Assembly: GCA_937148845.1 (NCBI GenBank)
Contig: CAKZRW010000067.1
Coordinates: 1-63,455 of the forward strand
Length of the DNA: 63,455 nucleotides
Source of the DNA: an uncultured Actinomycetes bacterium
GTDB lineage: Bacteria > Actinomycetota > Thermoleophilia > RBG-16-64-13
Reading direction: 5' to 3'
Shown here: one piece after another, positions 1 through 8,700 of the stretch
How the letters are laid out: the number at the start of each line of letters is the position of its first letter
Numbering within the stretch: position 1 is the first letter of the stretch
The notes under the pieces: generated by a model
What the model saw: only the letters and a program-made list of their open reading frames with translations
Told to the model about the DNA's origin: nothing
The model's database searches: none
Made by a program: the position numbers and the translations under genes

Positions 1-36
1 GCTGTTCCTTGTCAACAAGGTGTGAGGGCATTACAG

Positions 37-1413
37 CTAGCGCAAGAAAGGCGGTACTTCCAGCTCTTCTTCCGGCGGCTCCCCACTCCTGGTTCCAGAG
101 GCCCCAGCTGGCTCCACTCCCAACTCCTTGGTCGCTTCCCGAGCGGCCTCCCGCGAGAGCACAGGTCCCACGCTCGGGCGCACCGTGGGGGCCGAGCCAC
201 CGGTGGTCGAGGCCGGACCCGTGACCGACCCCAGGCTGATCACCGTGGCCTCGGTGCTCTGGGCAGGGCCGAAGCCAGCCTCTACCAGGCCTTCTTGCTC
301 GGTGGTGACCTCAAAACCGGTGGCCACCACCGTCACCCACAGGGTGTCTCCGAGCGACTCGTCTACTACCGCACCAAAGATGATGTTGGCCTCCGGGTCA
401 GCGGCGCTGTTGATGATCTCGGCAACCTCATTTACCTCGTAGAGGGAGAGATCAGGACCGCCGCTCACGTTGAGAAGGATGCCTCGCGCCCCCTGGATGG
501 TCGTCTCCAGCAGAGAAGAGTTGATGGCCATCTCGGCCGCCTTCTGGGCCCGCTGCTCGCCACGAGCCCGGCCGATGCCCATGTGGGCCGTCCCCGCGCC
601 GGTCATGATCGTCCGCACGTCGGCGAGATCGAGATTGATGAGCCCCGGGACCGTCACTAGGTCACAGATGCCCTGCACTCCTTGGCGAAGCACATCGTCA
701 GCCAGACGTAAGGCGTCGATCATGCGGGTGCTACGGTCAGCCACCTCAAGCAGCTTGTCATTGGGCACCACGATCACGGTGTCGGCCTTCTGTCGCAAAG
801 CCCGGATACCTTCCAGAGCCTGGAGTGTCCGTCGCTTACCTTCGAACGCGAAGGGTCGTGAGACCACCCCGATAGTCAGGGCTCCCACCGACTTGGCTAT
901 CTCCGCCACTACCGGCGCCGCCCCCGTTCCCGTGCCGCCACCCTCGCCGGCCGTGATGAACACCATGTCGCTGCCCTTGAGCATGCTCTTGATCTCGTCA
1001 TAGGCGGCTAGGGCCGCTTCGCGGCCGACCCTGGGATCCGAGCCACCCCCTAGACCCTTGGTCAACTCGCGACCGATGCGCAACTTGTGGTCGGCCTCGC
1101 ACATAGCCAGGGCCTGAGCATCGGTGTTGATGGCGATGAACTCGACCCCCTCTAACCCGGCTTCGAGCATGCGGTTGACTGCGTTGGTGCCCGCGCCTCC
1201 CACGCCCACCACCCGGATGACCGCCGGGAAACTGCGCGAGGGTTGGATGAGGGTCCGGCGAGCCACATCGGGAGCATCCGCGCCCACACTACCCCCCTGC
1301 TCGACCGGAGCCGCACTTCCTCCGCCCGGCCCAGCTTCGCCACTCTTGTCAGCAGCGGTGGCCCGGAAGAGGAAGCTGAGCCCGCTGTCTTTCAGGCTAG
1401 ATCTTTTTTCCAC
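37..1413 (-). CDS. ftsZ: Cell division protein FtsZ with ~60-aa N-terminal extension
   Basis: VVGVGGAGTNAVNRM, tubulin signature GGGTGTG, T7 loop INLDLADV, C-terminal core peptide LEVPPFLR; GTG start preceded by GAGAGG, overlapping the end of parA. Confidence 0.97.
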   Translation of the reverse strand: MEKRSSLKDSGLSFLFRATAADKSGEAGPGGGSAAPVEQGGSVGADAPDVARRTLIQPSRSFPAVIRVVGVGGAGTNAVNRMLEAGLEGVEFIAINTDAQALAMCEADHKLRIGRELTKGLGGGSDPRVGREAALAAYDEIKSMLKGSDMVFITAGEGGGTGTGAAPVVAEIAKSVGALTIGVVSRPFAFEGKRRTLQALEGIRALRQKADTVIVVPNDKLLEVADRSTRMIDALRLADDVLRQGVQGICDLVTVPGLINLDLADVRTIMTGAGTAHMGIGRARGEQRAQKAAEMAINSSLLETTIQGARGILLNVSGGPDLSLYEVNEVAEIINSAADPEANIIFGAVVDESLGDTLWVTVVATGFEVTTEQEGLVEAGFGPAQSTEATVISLGSVTGPASTTGGSAPTVRPSVGPVLSREAAREATKELGVEPAGASGTRSGEPPEEELEVPPFLR

Positions 1414-2155
1414 GGAGCACCTCTCTCGCCAGCTGCCGGTATGCCATCGCCGCCTGGCTGTCCGGCGCGTATTTCAGCACGGACTCCCCGCGCACAGGAG
1501 CCTCGGCGAACTTGATGGTCTTGCGGATTGGCGTCGAAAACACCAGATCTCCGAAGTTCTGTGTAAGCACCTCTACAGCCTCTCTCCCATGCACCGTACG
1601 AGAATCGTACATCGTCGGCAGGATTCCGGCGATGTGAACATTCGGGTTTAGGTTCTCTCGCACCAGTTCCAGCGTCTTCTCCAACTGCGCTAGACCCCGC
1701 AGGGAGAGGTACTCACATTGCACAGGCACGATGACCGCATCCGCTGCCGTGAGCGCGTTCACCGTCAGCAGACCCAGGGAGGGAGGCGTATCCACCACGA
1801 TGAGGTCATACCGGTCCAGCACTGGAAGCAGGGCTTTGCTCAGCACCCGCTCCCGGCCGATGAGGGAGCTGAGCGCGATCTCAGCCGCAGCTAGGTCGAT
1901 GCTCGCGACCGCCACATCTACCTCCCCCGGCAAGATGACGTCCTCGATGCTGACCCCCAGGACCATGACGTCGTACATGCTGGGACGGACCAGATCGGGG
2001 TTGAACCCGAAGCTCATGGTCAAGTTGCCTTGGGGATCCATATCCACAGCCAGGACACGATAGCCCATCTCGTGGAAGGCCACCCCCAGGTTGACAGTGG
2101 TAGTGGTCTTTGCCACTCCCCCTTTCTGATTCGCAAAGGTCAGGACTTTGGCCAA
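1397..2155 (-). CDS. ParA/Soj-family ATPase
   Basis: Deviant Walker A NQKGGVAKTT, VDMDPQGNLT, Walker B VVDTPPSLG, IVPVQCEY; AAGGAGAGG RBS before TTG start. Confidence 0.95.
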   Translation of the reverse strand: MAKVLTFANQKGGVAKTTTTVNLGVAFHEMGYRVLAVDMDPQGNLTMSFGFNPDLVRPSMYDVMVLGVSIEDVILPGEVDVAVASIDLAAAEIALSSLIGRERVLSKALLPVLDRYDLIVVDTPPSLGLLTVNALTAADAVIVPVQCEYLSLRGLAQLEKTLELVRENLNPNVHIAGILPTMYDSRTVHGREAVEVLTQNFGDLVFSTPIRKTIKFAEAPVRGESVLKYAPDSQAAMAYRQLAREVLRGKKI

Positions 2156-2309
2156 GACCTCTCCTTAGTATTAGCCCGGAACAGGTGGATCAAACTCGGT
2201 TACCTTTTCGTAGAACTGGCGGAAATTCCTTTGCGGGACCGTAAGCGTCCCCACCACTCCAGGTCAGCCCAGCGGCGACACGGTAGATACGGCGCCCAGC
2301 GAACACGCC

Positions 2310-3755
2310 TCAGCGGGTGGCGGTCTCCAGACCTCCCGGGCGGAAGCTGACATTGGTCGGCACTGGCGGTGAGTGCGACTCACTGAACTCCCGCAGTTCC
2401 TTGAGATAGTCGCGATTCTCGCGCACATGCTCCCAGGCCCGACTCATCAGGTATCCCTGGACCTGATGCTTGCGATAGCGGGGCGCCTTAGGTTTGAGCT
2501 CGAATATGCGCTTCGCGCCGTAGAATCGCTTATGGGCTTGTAGGATGGCTTCCTGCAATTCGTAAGGCGTCATCTGCTTAGGCCAGAACACTACGTGGTG
2601 GCCGTCATAGAGACTCCAGTTCTTGGTGAAGATGCGCCCCTCGGCCTCGAACTGGGCCGTCTGTCGGGTCCCGGGTAGCGGAGTGAGGGCCAGGAACTGC
2701 ACCGTATTGAGACCGTGCTCCAGCGCGAAATCGACGGTGCGGGAAAGCGATTCCAGAGTGTCGGAGTCGGCCCCGAAGACGAACATGCCGTGGGTCCTTA
2801 TCCCACGCTTCGCCAAAGCCTCCAACCCGCCCGCCATGTCATCCAGGCTGGATTCCTTGTGATACTCCTTGAGAGTGGCCGGGTTGACCGACTCCAATCC
2901 CAGGTAGACGATGCGACAACCGGCGTTCCATAAGAGGTCGAGCAGTTCTTGGTCGACCACCCCGTTCTTGCACACCGAGTCCACCCGGATCTGGGCGAAG
3001 AAAGAGGTGTCGAGTTTGGCCCGGATCATCTCCGCTAGCAGCTCCTTGCCCCGGCGCTTGCTGATGAAGAAGTTGTCGTCGTAGAAGAAGACCTTGTCGT
3101 GCTTCATGCGTTTGAGCTGTTTGACCACTTCCGCCGGGTCGGCCACCCGCACTCGGCGCCCGAACATGAGCACCACCGAGCAGAACTCGCACCCGTAGGG
3201 ACAGCCCCGCGAGGAAAGCATCGGAGTCGGGTATACCTTGTCGCCGTTGACCACCAGGCTCAGGTCGGGCCAGGGCAGCTCGGTGAGGGAGGCCAGCAGC
3301 GGTCGGTCGGGGTTGTTCACCACCGTACCGTCAGCAGCCCGATAGGTGAGACCTTTGATGCTCTCCAAGGAGCCGCGGCCCTGGAGATACTCGACCAACT
3401 CCACCAGGGTCTCTTCACCTTCACCCCGCACGACGTAATCGCAGAAATCCATGGCCTCCTCGGCGAGGAAGGTCACATGTGGCCCGCCCATGACCACAGG
3501 AATGCCGGCATCACGCACCCGCTGCGCGTAGCGATAGGCCCGGATGGCTGTGGAAGTGGTGGTGGAAATGCCGACCAGGTCGGCAGAGAGCACGTCGTCC
3601 CAATCCACGTCGCTCAGGCTTTCGGCGTAGATCCGGACCTCGTGTCCACGCTGGGCCATCATCGCCCCCAGCAGAGGTAGCCCGAGGCGTAACTGCCTTA
3701 CAAAACTGTACACATGAAAGCCGGGGGCGGCAGGTTCGATGAAGATTATGCGCAC
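2310..3755 (-). CDS. B12-binding domain radical SAM protein
   Basis: N-terminal cobalamin-binding segment (DLVGIS..., VVMGGPHVT, VVRGEGE) and SRGCPYGCEFC CxxxCxxC motif, GLES. Confidence 0.9.
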   Translation of the reverse strand: MRIIFIEPAAPGFHVYSFVRQLRLGLPLLGAMMAQRGHEVRIYAESLSDVDWDDVLSADLVGISTTTSTAIRAYRYAQRVRDAGIPVVMGGPHVTFLAEEAMDFCDYVVRGEGEETLVELVEYLQGRGSLESIKGLTYRAADGTVVNNPDRPLLASLTELPWPDLSLVVNGDKVYPTPMLSSRGCPYGCEFCSVVLMFGRRVRVADPAEVVKQLKRMKHDKVFFYDDNFFISKRRGKELLAEMIRAKLDTSFFAQIRVDSVCKNGVVDQELLDLLWNAGCRIVYLGLESVNPATLKEYHKESSLDDMAGGLEALAKRGIRTHGMFVFGADSDTLESLSRTVDFALEHGLNTVQFLALTPLPGTRQTAQFEAEGRIFTKNWSLYDGHHVVFWPKQMTPYELQEAILQAHKRFYGAKRIFELKPKAPRYRKHQVQGYLMSRAWEHVRENRDYLKELREFSESHSPPVPTNVSFRPGGLETATR

Positions 3756-3874
3756 TGTACACTCACCATTTGGCGTTCAACGACGCGACAGGTATGGTAG
3801 CACACGGCTTCCCACAGACGACCAGTCGTCAGGGCACCATCCAGCCATCTGGAGAGCACTCAGGTACCGCAAAA

Positions 3875-5368
3875 TCACCCCGCGGACGGACTTACCGGAC
3901 CTACACCTTGTTCCGTGGTCGCGATCCCCGGCGCCACCAGCGGCAACGTTATGCGGAACCGGGTCTCTGTCTCCGTGTCCAGCAGTTCCACCGTTCCGCC
4001 GAGGAGCCTGCATATCTCCTTGGTCAGTGCCAGACCTAGACCCAACCCCTCCACCTGTTTGCTGGCACTCCCCCGGTAGAACCGTTCGAACAGGCGGCCC
4101 CGCTCCGGCCAAGGCGGGGGTGGCCCCTGGTTCCAGACCTCTATGAAAATGCGCTCAGTCCGGGAGTAGGCTTCGATCCCCACGGGACCGTCCTTGCCCT
4201 GCGGACCATACTGGACCGCGTTGCGCAAGAGATTGGCCAGCGCCTGGCGCAGCATGTCGCCATCGGTCGTCACCTGCAACCCCTTGTCCACTTTCACCGT
4301 GACCCGCTCGGTCTCTGTCCAACCCGCCCGAACCAGGGCACCCACCTCCTCTCCGATCAAAGCGTCCAGAGCTACCGGCGCCAGGCGGGGTCGGAACTCC
4401 CGGGAGTCGTAACGGGACAGGGTCAGCAGAGCGTCGATAAGCCGTTGCAGGCGAAGAGACTCTTTGTTGATAGCCACGGCCGCCTTCTGCCTGAGTTCCT
4501 GATCACTCGCTGTACCATCCAGAAGAGCTTGGGAGAAGCCCTGGATGGAGGTCAGAGGCGTGCGCAGCTCATGAGCAGCGGTCGCCACAAAAGCGCGCAA
4601 AGAGTCCTGGCTGTGCTTGATCTCATTGCGACCATGTTCCAGACTGTCCGCGAGTTCCTGCAGCTCTCCCGGGTAGGTGCCTGTGATAGCCCGGTCATAA
4701 CGTCCCTGGGCCAGGTCATGGGCCGCAGCCGAGAGGCGCCGAAGAGGGCGAGCAAGCCAGGCGGCCAGCCCCCACCCCACTAGCGCAGCGACCGCGGCCG
4801 CTGCTGCGGCGGAGATGCCCAGGACCTTGAAAACGTCCGTCCTCAGACTAAGCGCCGCACTGCGAGGCAGGGTGACCACAGCCAGACCCACGCTCCCGTC
4901 CGGCATCCGTAGAGGTACCGAGGCGAAAATCACGGCCGTGGCCCTGCTCGCGCCTTCCAGTTCCGCGAGCAACCTTCCGCTGCCTGGACGTTCCCGCGCG
5001 GCCAGCTGCGCTATCTCTTTGAGCCTCTCCAGGGGCTCCTTGCGCACGGGTATGCGACCAGCCCCGGCCAATACCTCGTCTTCCCCGAAGAGGACGATGC
5101 CAGCACCACTGGGCAGGGCCTGCACACGGGCGCGAAGGAACATGGAAAGCATGTGCGACCGCATGCCGCCGCCGGTGAGAAGCTCAGGAACGTTCTCGAT
5201 CTGCTCGGCTGTGGCTACCGCCTCCTCAAGCAGAGCCGCTTCCTGCCGGTCGAGCACGTAGTCGCCCAAGAACAGGTAATAGACGGCGCCCACCACGCAC
5301 ACAGCGAAGAGAGCTACCCCAACCAGGGCCCCCATGAAACGGGGGCGGAGAGAGCGCCGGCCCTTCAT
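3875..5368 (-). CDS. Membrane sensor histidine kinase (2 TM, HAMP, HisKA, HATPase)
   Basis: H-box AHELRTPLT, N-box NLLRNAVQY, FERFYRG, GLGLGL; overlaps regulator stop (ATGA). Confidence 0.93.
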   Translation of the reverse strand: MKGRRSLRPRFMGALVGVALFAVCVVGAVYYLFLGDYVLDRQEAALLEEAVATAEQIENVPELLTGGGMRSHMLSMFLRARVQALPSGAGIVLFGEDEVLAGAGRIPVRKEPLERLKEIAQLAARERPGSGRLLAELEGASRATAVIFASVPLRMPDGSVGLAVVTLPRSAALSLRTDVFKVLGISAAAAAAVAALVGWGLAAWLARPLRRLSAAAHDLAQGRYDRAITGTYPGELQELADSLEHGRNEIKHSQDSLRAFVATAAHELRTPLTSIQGFSQALLDGTASDQELRQKAAVAINKESLRLQRLIDALLTLSRYDSREFRPRLAPVALDALIGEEVGALVRAGWTETERVTVKVDKGLQVTTDGDMLRQALANLLRNAVQYGPQGKDGPVGIEAYSRTERIFIEVWNQGPPPPWPERGRLFERFYRGSASKQVEGLGLGLALTKEICRLLGGTVELLDTETETRFRITLPLVAPGIATTEQGVGPVSPSAG

Positions 5369-6177
5369 CCGCCAGCTCCGCTCACGTCGTCGACCAAGAA
5401 CTCGCCGGGGGCCTGTTGGCCGTCGGTCGATAACTCGCTGTCGGCCCGTTCGTTGTCTAGCGATGGCTCTTCCGCTGGGGCCTCGTCGGGGTCTGCTCGG
5501 TAGCCCACTCCCCAGACGGTCTTGATGATCTTGCCCCAGCGTCCCAACTTCTTGCGCACTTGCCCGATGTGTACGTCCACCGTGCGGACGTCACCGTAGA
5601 GATTGTAGCCCCAGACTTGCTCCAGGAGTCGCTCGCGGGTGAGGGCGAGCCCCCGGTTGAGGAGAAGATAGTGAAGTAGGTCGAACTCTTTCGGCGTAAG
5701 ATCGACCATGACACCGTCCACCTTCACCGTACGTTCAGCCGGGCTCAGCACCACCTCTCCGAGGACCTGTGTATCGGACCCGGGGTCAAGCGCCCCGCTA
5801 CGACGAAGAACAGCGCGGATGCGCGCCAGGAGCTCGCCCGGGCTGAACGGTTTCACCACATAATCATCAGCTCCCAGTTCAAGGCCGAGTATCTTGTCGT
5901 TTTCGGCGTCGCGGGCAGTCAGAATGATGACCGGAACCTGGGAACCCTTCCGCAGTCTCCTCAGAACCTCGAAGCCCGACTCGTCAGGCAGCATGAGATC
6001 GAGCACGACAAGGGAAGGCGCGCTTTGCGCAATGACTAGCAGCGCCTCGCTTGCTGTCCCTGCGGACCGCGCAGCGTAGCCCTCGTGGGCTAGATAGAGC
6101 TCCAGGAGTTCCCGGATCGAGGAGTCGTCCTCGACCACCACGATAGTCTGTTTGGACGGATGCTGACGGGCAGGCAT
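5365..6177 (-). CDS. OmpR/PhoB-family response regulator
   Basis: VVEDD, LDLMLP, GADDYVVKPF, LTPKEFDLL, RTVDVHI, TVWGVGY; ATG at 6177 follows GAAGGGAAGG (preferred to track start 6279). Confidence 0.93.
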   Translation of the reverse strand: MPARQHPSKQTIVVVEDDSSIRELLELYLAHEGYAARSAGTASEALLVIAQSAPSLVVLDLMLPDESGFEVLRRLRKGSQVPVIILTARDAENDKILGLELGADDYVVKPFSPGELLARIRAVLRRSGALDPGSDTQVLGEVVLSPAERTVKVDGVMVDLTPKEFDLLHYLLLNRGLALTRERLLEQVWGYNLYGDVRTVDVHIGQVRKKLGRWGKIIKTVWGVGYRADPDEAPAEEPSLDNERADSELSTDGQQAPGEFLVDDVSGAGG

Positions 6178-6317
6178 GAAAGAGGCCTTCCCTTCGTCGC
6201 CGTTCCCACTGTCATCCCACGCCAGGATGACCAGGGGCGGGGCAGGCCGCGCCACCTGGCCGCGGCCCGCCCCGCCCACCGCTGCCTCTATCTTAGCCGC
6301 GGTGGTAGCTTAATGTT

Positions 6318-6887
6318 CTAGCCCGTTGTCGAGCCCGAGGGCACCTGCTCAAGGTACTTTTCTACCAAATCGCGCAGCTTCTTGAGTGTTTCAGTCAGAT
6401 CCTGCCGAGCCTTGGTCAGAGTCTCGCGTTGACTCTTGAGCTGCTCCAGCAATTGGTCCAGTTGGGCCTGGTCGGTCGGCGTCATCTTCTCCCGCAGCTG
6501 CTGCAAGAACGACTGCCAGTCATCGGCGCGTTTCTGCCACTGCTTCATTTGCTTCTGCCACTGTTCCGCGCGGTCTCGCCAACGTTCGGCGCGATCTTGC
6601 CAGCGACCGGTGCGGTCCATCCACCGGTCACACATGTCGCGCAGCCGTTCCTGGTCGCTCCACATCATCCCCCGTCCCCAGGCCGGCGGCCAAGCACCGG
6701 GCTGGGCCCCCCCTGGGTTGCCACTCCCCGCCCCGCCGCCAAGCAAAGCCATCTGCGGCGGGAGAAACGCCCAATCGTCAGAATCGGAGCCAGCCGTCGT
6801 GGCCGCCCAGGCTCCCGCGCCAGCCCCTATCACTACGACCGCCGCTATCAGTGCGACCAGCCATTTGCGTTTCCAGAGTGCTCTCAC
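6318..6887 (-). CDS. Exported/membrane-anchored coiled-coil protein, probable accessory partner of the two-component system
   Basis: Basic N-terminus plus hydrophobic stretch ending AWA; Trp-heptad and Gln/Leu coiled-coil; GGAGG RBS; first gene of the regulator-kinase run. Confidence 0.7.
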   Translation of the reverse strand: MRALWKRKWLVALIAAVVVIGAGAGAWAATTAGSDSDDWAFLPPQMALLGGGAGSGNPGGAQPGAWPPAWGRGMMWSDQERLRDMCDRWMDRTGRWQDRAERWRDRAEQWQKQMKQWQKRADDWQSFLQQLREKMTPTDQAQLDQLLEQLKSQRETLTKARQDLTETLKKLRDLVEKYLEQVPSGSTTG

Positions 6888-6988
6888 CTACTGCACCTCC
6901 GTGATTTTTCGACCTCACTCGAAGGCTTCCAGTCGGGCCGGCACCACGCTCGGGTGGGCCCTGACCCCGGCCTGCGAGACTATGCGAG

Positions 6989-7020
6989 ATTATGAACCTC
7001 TCATGTAAGGAAAATGTGAA
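6989..7020 (-). promoter_or_regulatory. Putative promoter with OmpR-family tandem direct-repeat box
   Basis: TGTAAG-N5-TGTGAA (7004-7020, 11-bp period) next to a minus-strand CATAAT -10-like hexamer (6989-6994) upstream of the 6887 gene. Confidence 0.4.
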
Positions 7021-7033
7021 GCGTTGGCCCGAT

Positions 7034-7445
7034 TTAGGGCCGCGTAGTCACCGCCCCCCACACATCCACCGCGTCCAGGGTCACATACTTGCCAGTGGCG
7101 CTGCTGTTACTGCGCACAATCTTGACTACGTGGGGACCATGGGGAAGCGTCCCGGTGGACCGCACGTTCACCTGAAGCACGAGCTCTGGTCGACCGTGGA
7201 AAGTGTGTGGGTCTTCCTTTCGGCGACCGATTCCCCAGGGTCGACGCTCACAAGGTGAAGTTAATGACTCCAGCTTCGCCGGCGACTTGCTGACGGCTTC
7301 CAACACAGGGTCATAGCTGCTCTTGCTTCCCCAGGAGGCACTGATGGCCACAACGTTGACCGCGATTGACCTTCTTGCCGATGACATGATTGTTGCGCTC
7401 GCTCACTGCGGCATCGGTGCCCCACCCTCTAACATCAAGGGCCTT
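7034..7445 (-). pseudogene. Decayed remnant of a subtilase (S8) peptidase gene with C-terminal beta-domain
   Basis: Across frames: KALDVRGWGTDAAV...VIGKKVNRG / VNVVAISASWG..SYDPVLEA / VAGEAGVI (subtilase-like), then QVNVRSTGTLPHGPHVVKIV...GKYVTLDAVDV; frameshifts and large deletions. Confidence 0.55.
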
Positions 7446-7564
7446 GCTGTTCACCATTTCGCAGCGCCAACCGACTCACCATTGAGTCGTCGCGTGGACC
7501 TGCAATACGGTGCAAGCACGCCGCAGCAAACGAGACCGGGAGCAAAGGAGGCCGGGAGGTGGCC

Positions 7565-8155
7565 ATGCGACGCTCGTACTTGCTTCTCCTGGTCTTCGCC
7601 CTGGTGGCCTCGTTAGCCGTGGTCCTGATCACCGGCTGCTAGGACACCCCCGTTTCCAGCACGTCTCCAGCCGCCGGAGGTAATGAGGGTAGGGGGGCGG
7701 GATCCGCGGAGGACGTCCCCACGGTGCCGACCTCGACTGCAGCCACAACGCACTCTGCCCCCACGACTGCGGCCGGAGTCACCTTCCCGCCCACCATTGC
7801 AGCGTGCGGATCTTCTGAAGCCTCGGGACTTACCCCCGGCGGGTCACCGACCATCTTGCCCGGGTCGGCAAGCTCTCTCACGCCAGATGAGCTTGAGAGC
7901 GCCATGCGGTCACGGGGCATGAGGCAGCCGCGGCAGACACAGGTCTACGACTACAAAGTCTTCGGCCACCACGCTGCCGCCTACGCTCTGGCCGCCGATA
8001 AGAACGTGTACTTGGTCCTTCTGAGCGATGAGACCGGCGGTTGGGCCATTCTAGCTGCTTACACAGGCCTGGACTAGGAGGAGATCCGGGCCGACCTCAG
8101 GACGAAGGGTGCGCCCGAGGACTTGATCGAGTGGGCAAACCCGGGTCGGGGGTGA
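7565..8155 (+). pseudogene. Lipoprotein gene interrupted by two in-frame TAG codons
   Basis: GGGAGG RBS, MRRSYLLLLVFALVASLAVVLITGC lipoprotein signal, TAG 7640-7642, same frame as ORF 7724-8077, TAG 8075-8077, then protein-like EEIRADLRTKGAPEDLIEWANPGRG to TGA 8155. Confidence 0.7.
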
Positions 8156-8349
8156 GAATGCCCGCCGCCGTCACCGGGGACTGCGGCGCATGGCCTCTGC
8201 CTCTAGCGAACGGGTGTCGAGGGTGGGCTGACCGTCGACGACGCTGCTCAAGGTTTACTCCCTAAGCTGCCGGGTATTAGTAGCGGGTAACCTCAGGATA
8301 GAATCAGGTAGACCAGACGGAAGAGCTGGCGGCAAGCGGCGGGGTGGCC

Positions 8350-8700
8350 ATGAAAGTGGGAATCAGCAACTTGGAGGAGACGCCTCTTCTCAAGCTGGAC
8401 GGCGACATCGACCACAGCAATTGTGGCACTCTGGAAAAGGCCCTCGAAGAGGTCATAGATCCCCAGACGCAAGCAGTTCTCCTTGACCTGGAGAGCGTGG
8501 ACTACATAGACAGCGGCGGCCTGTCCGTCATCCTTGCCACCCTGCGCCAGTTGCGCGGGAGAGGCTGGCTCGGTGCGATCGCGCCGAACGGCAATGTCAC
8601 ACGCCTCCTGGAAATCGTGGGGCTGTTGGTGGATCCCCACTTCCGAGTGTTTGCTGATCGCGACGAGGCCAAGGCCTACCTCGCCAAGGCGGCCGGGTGA
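8350..8700 (+). CDS. Anti-sigma factor antagonist (STAS domain, RsbV/SpoIIAA-like)
   Basis: LDGDID, LLDLESVDYIDSGGL with phosphorylatable Ser; start could be GTG 8344. Confidence 0.88.
   Translation: MKVGISNLEETPLLKLDGDIDHSNCGTLEKALEEVIDPQTQAVLLDLESVDYIDSGGLSVILATLRQLRGRGWLGAIAPNGNVTRLLEIVGLLVDPHFRVFADRDEAKAYLAKAAG

Noticed and set aside
7640-8077. Genome-wide reassignment of TAG
   Set aside because: Many intact genes here (ftsZ, parA, gdhA, hisF) end at TAG exactly where their families end
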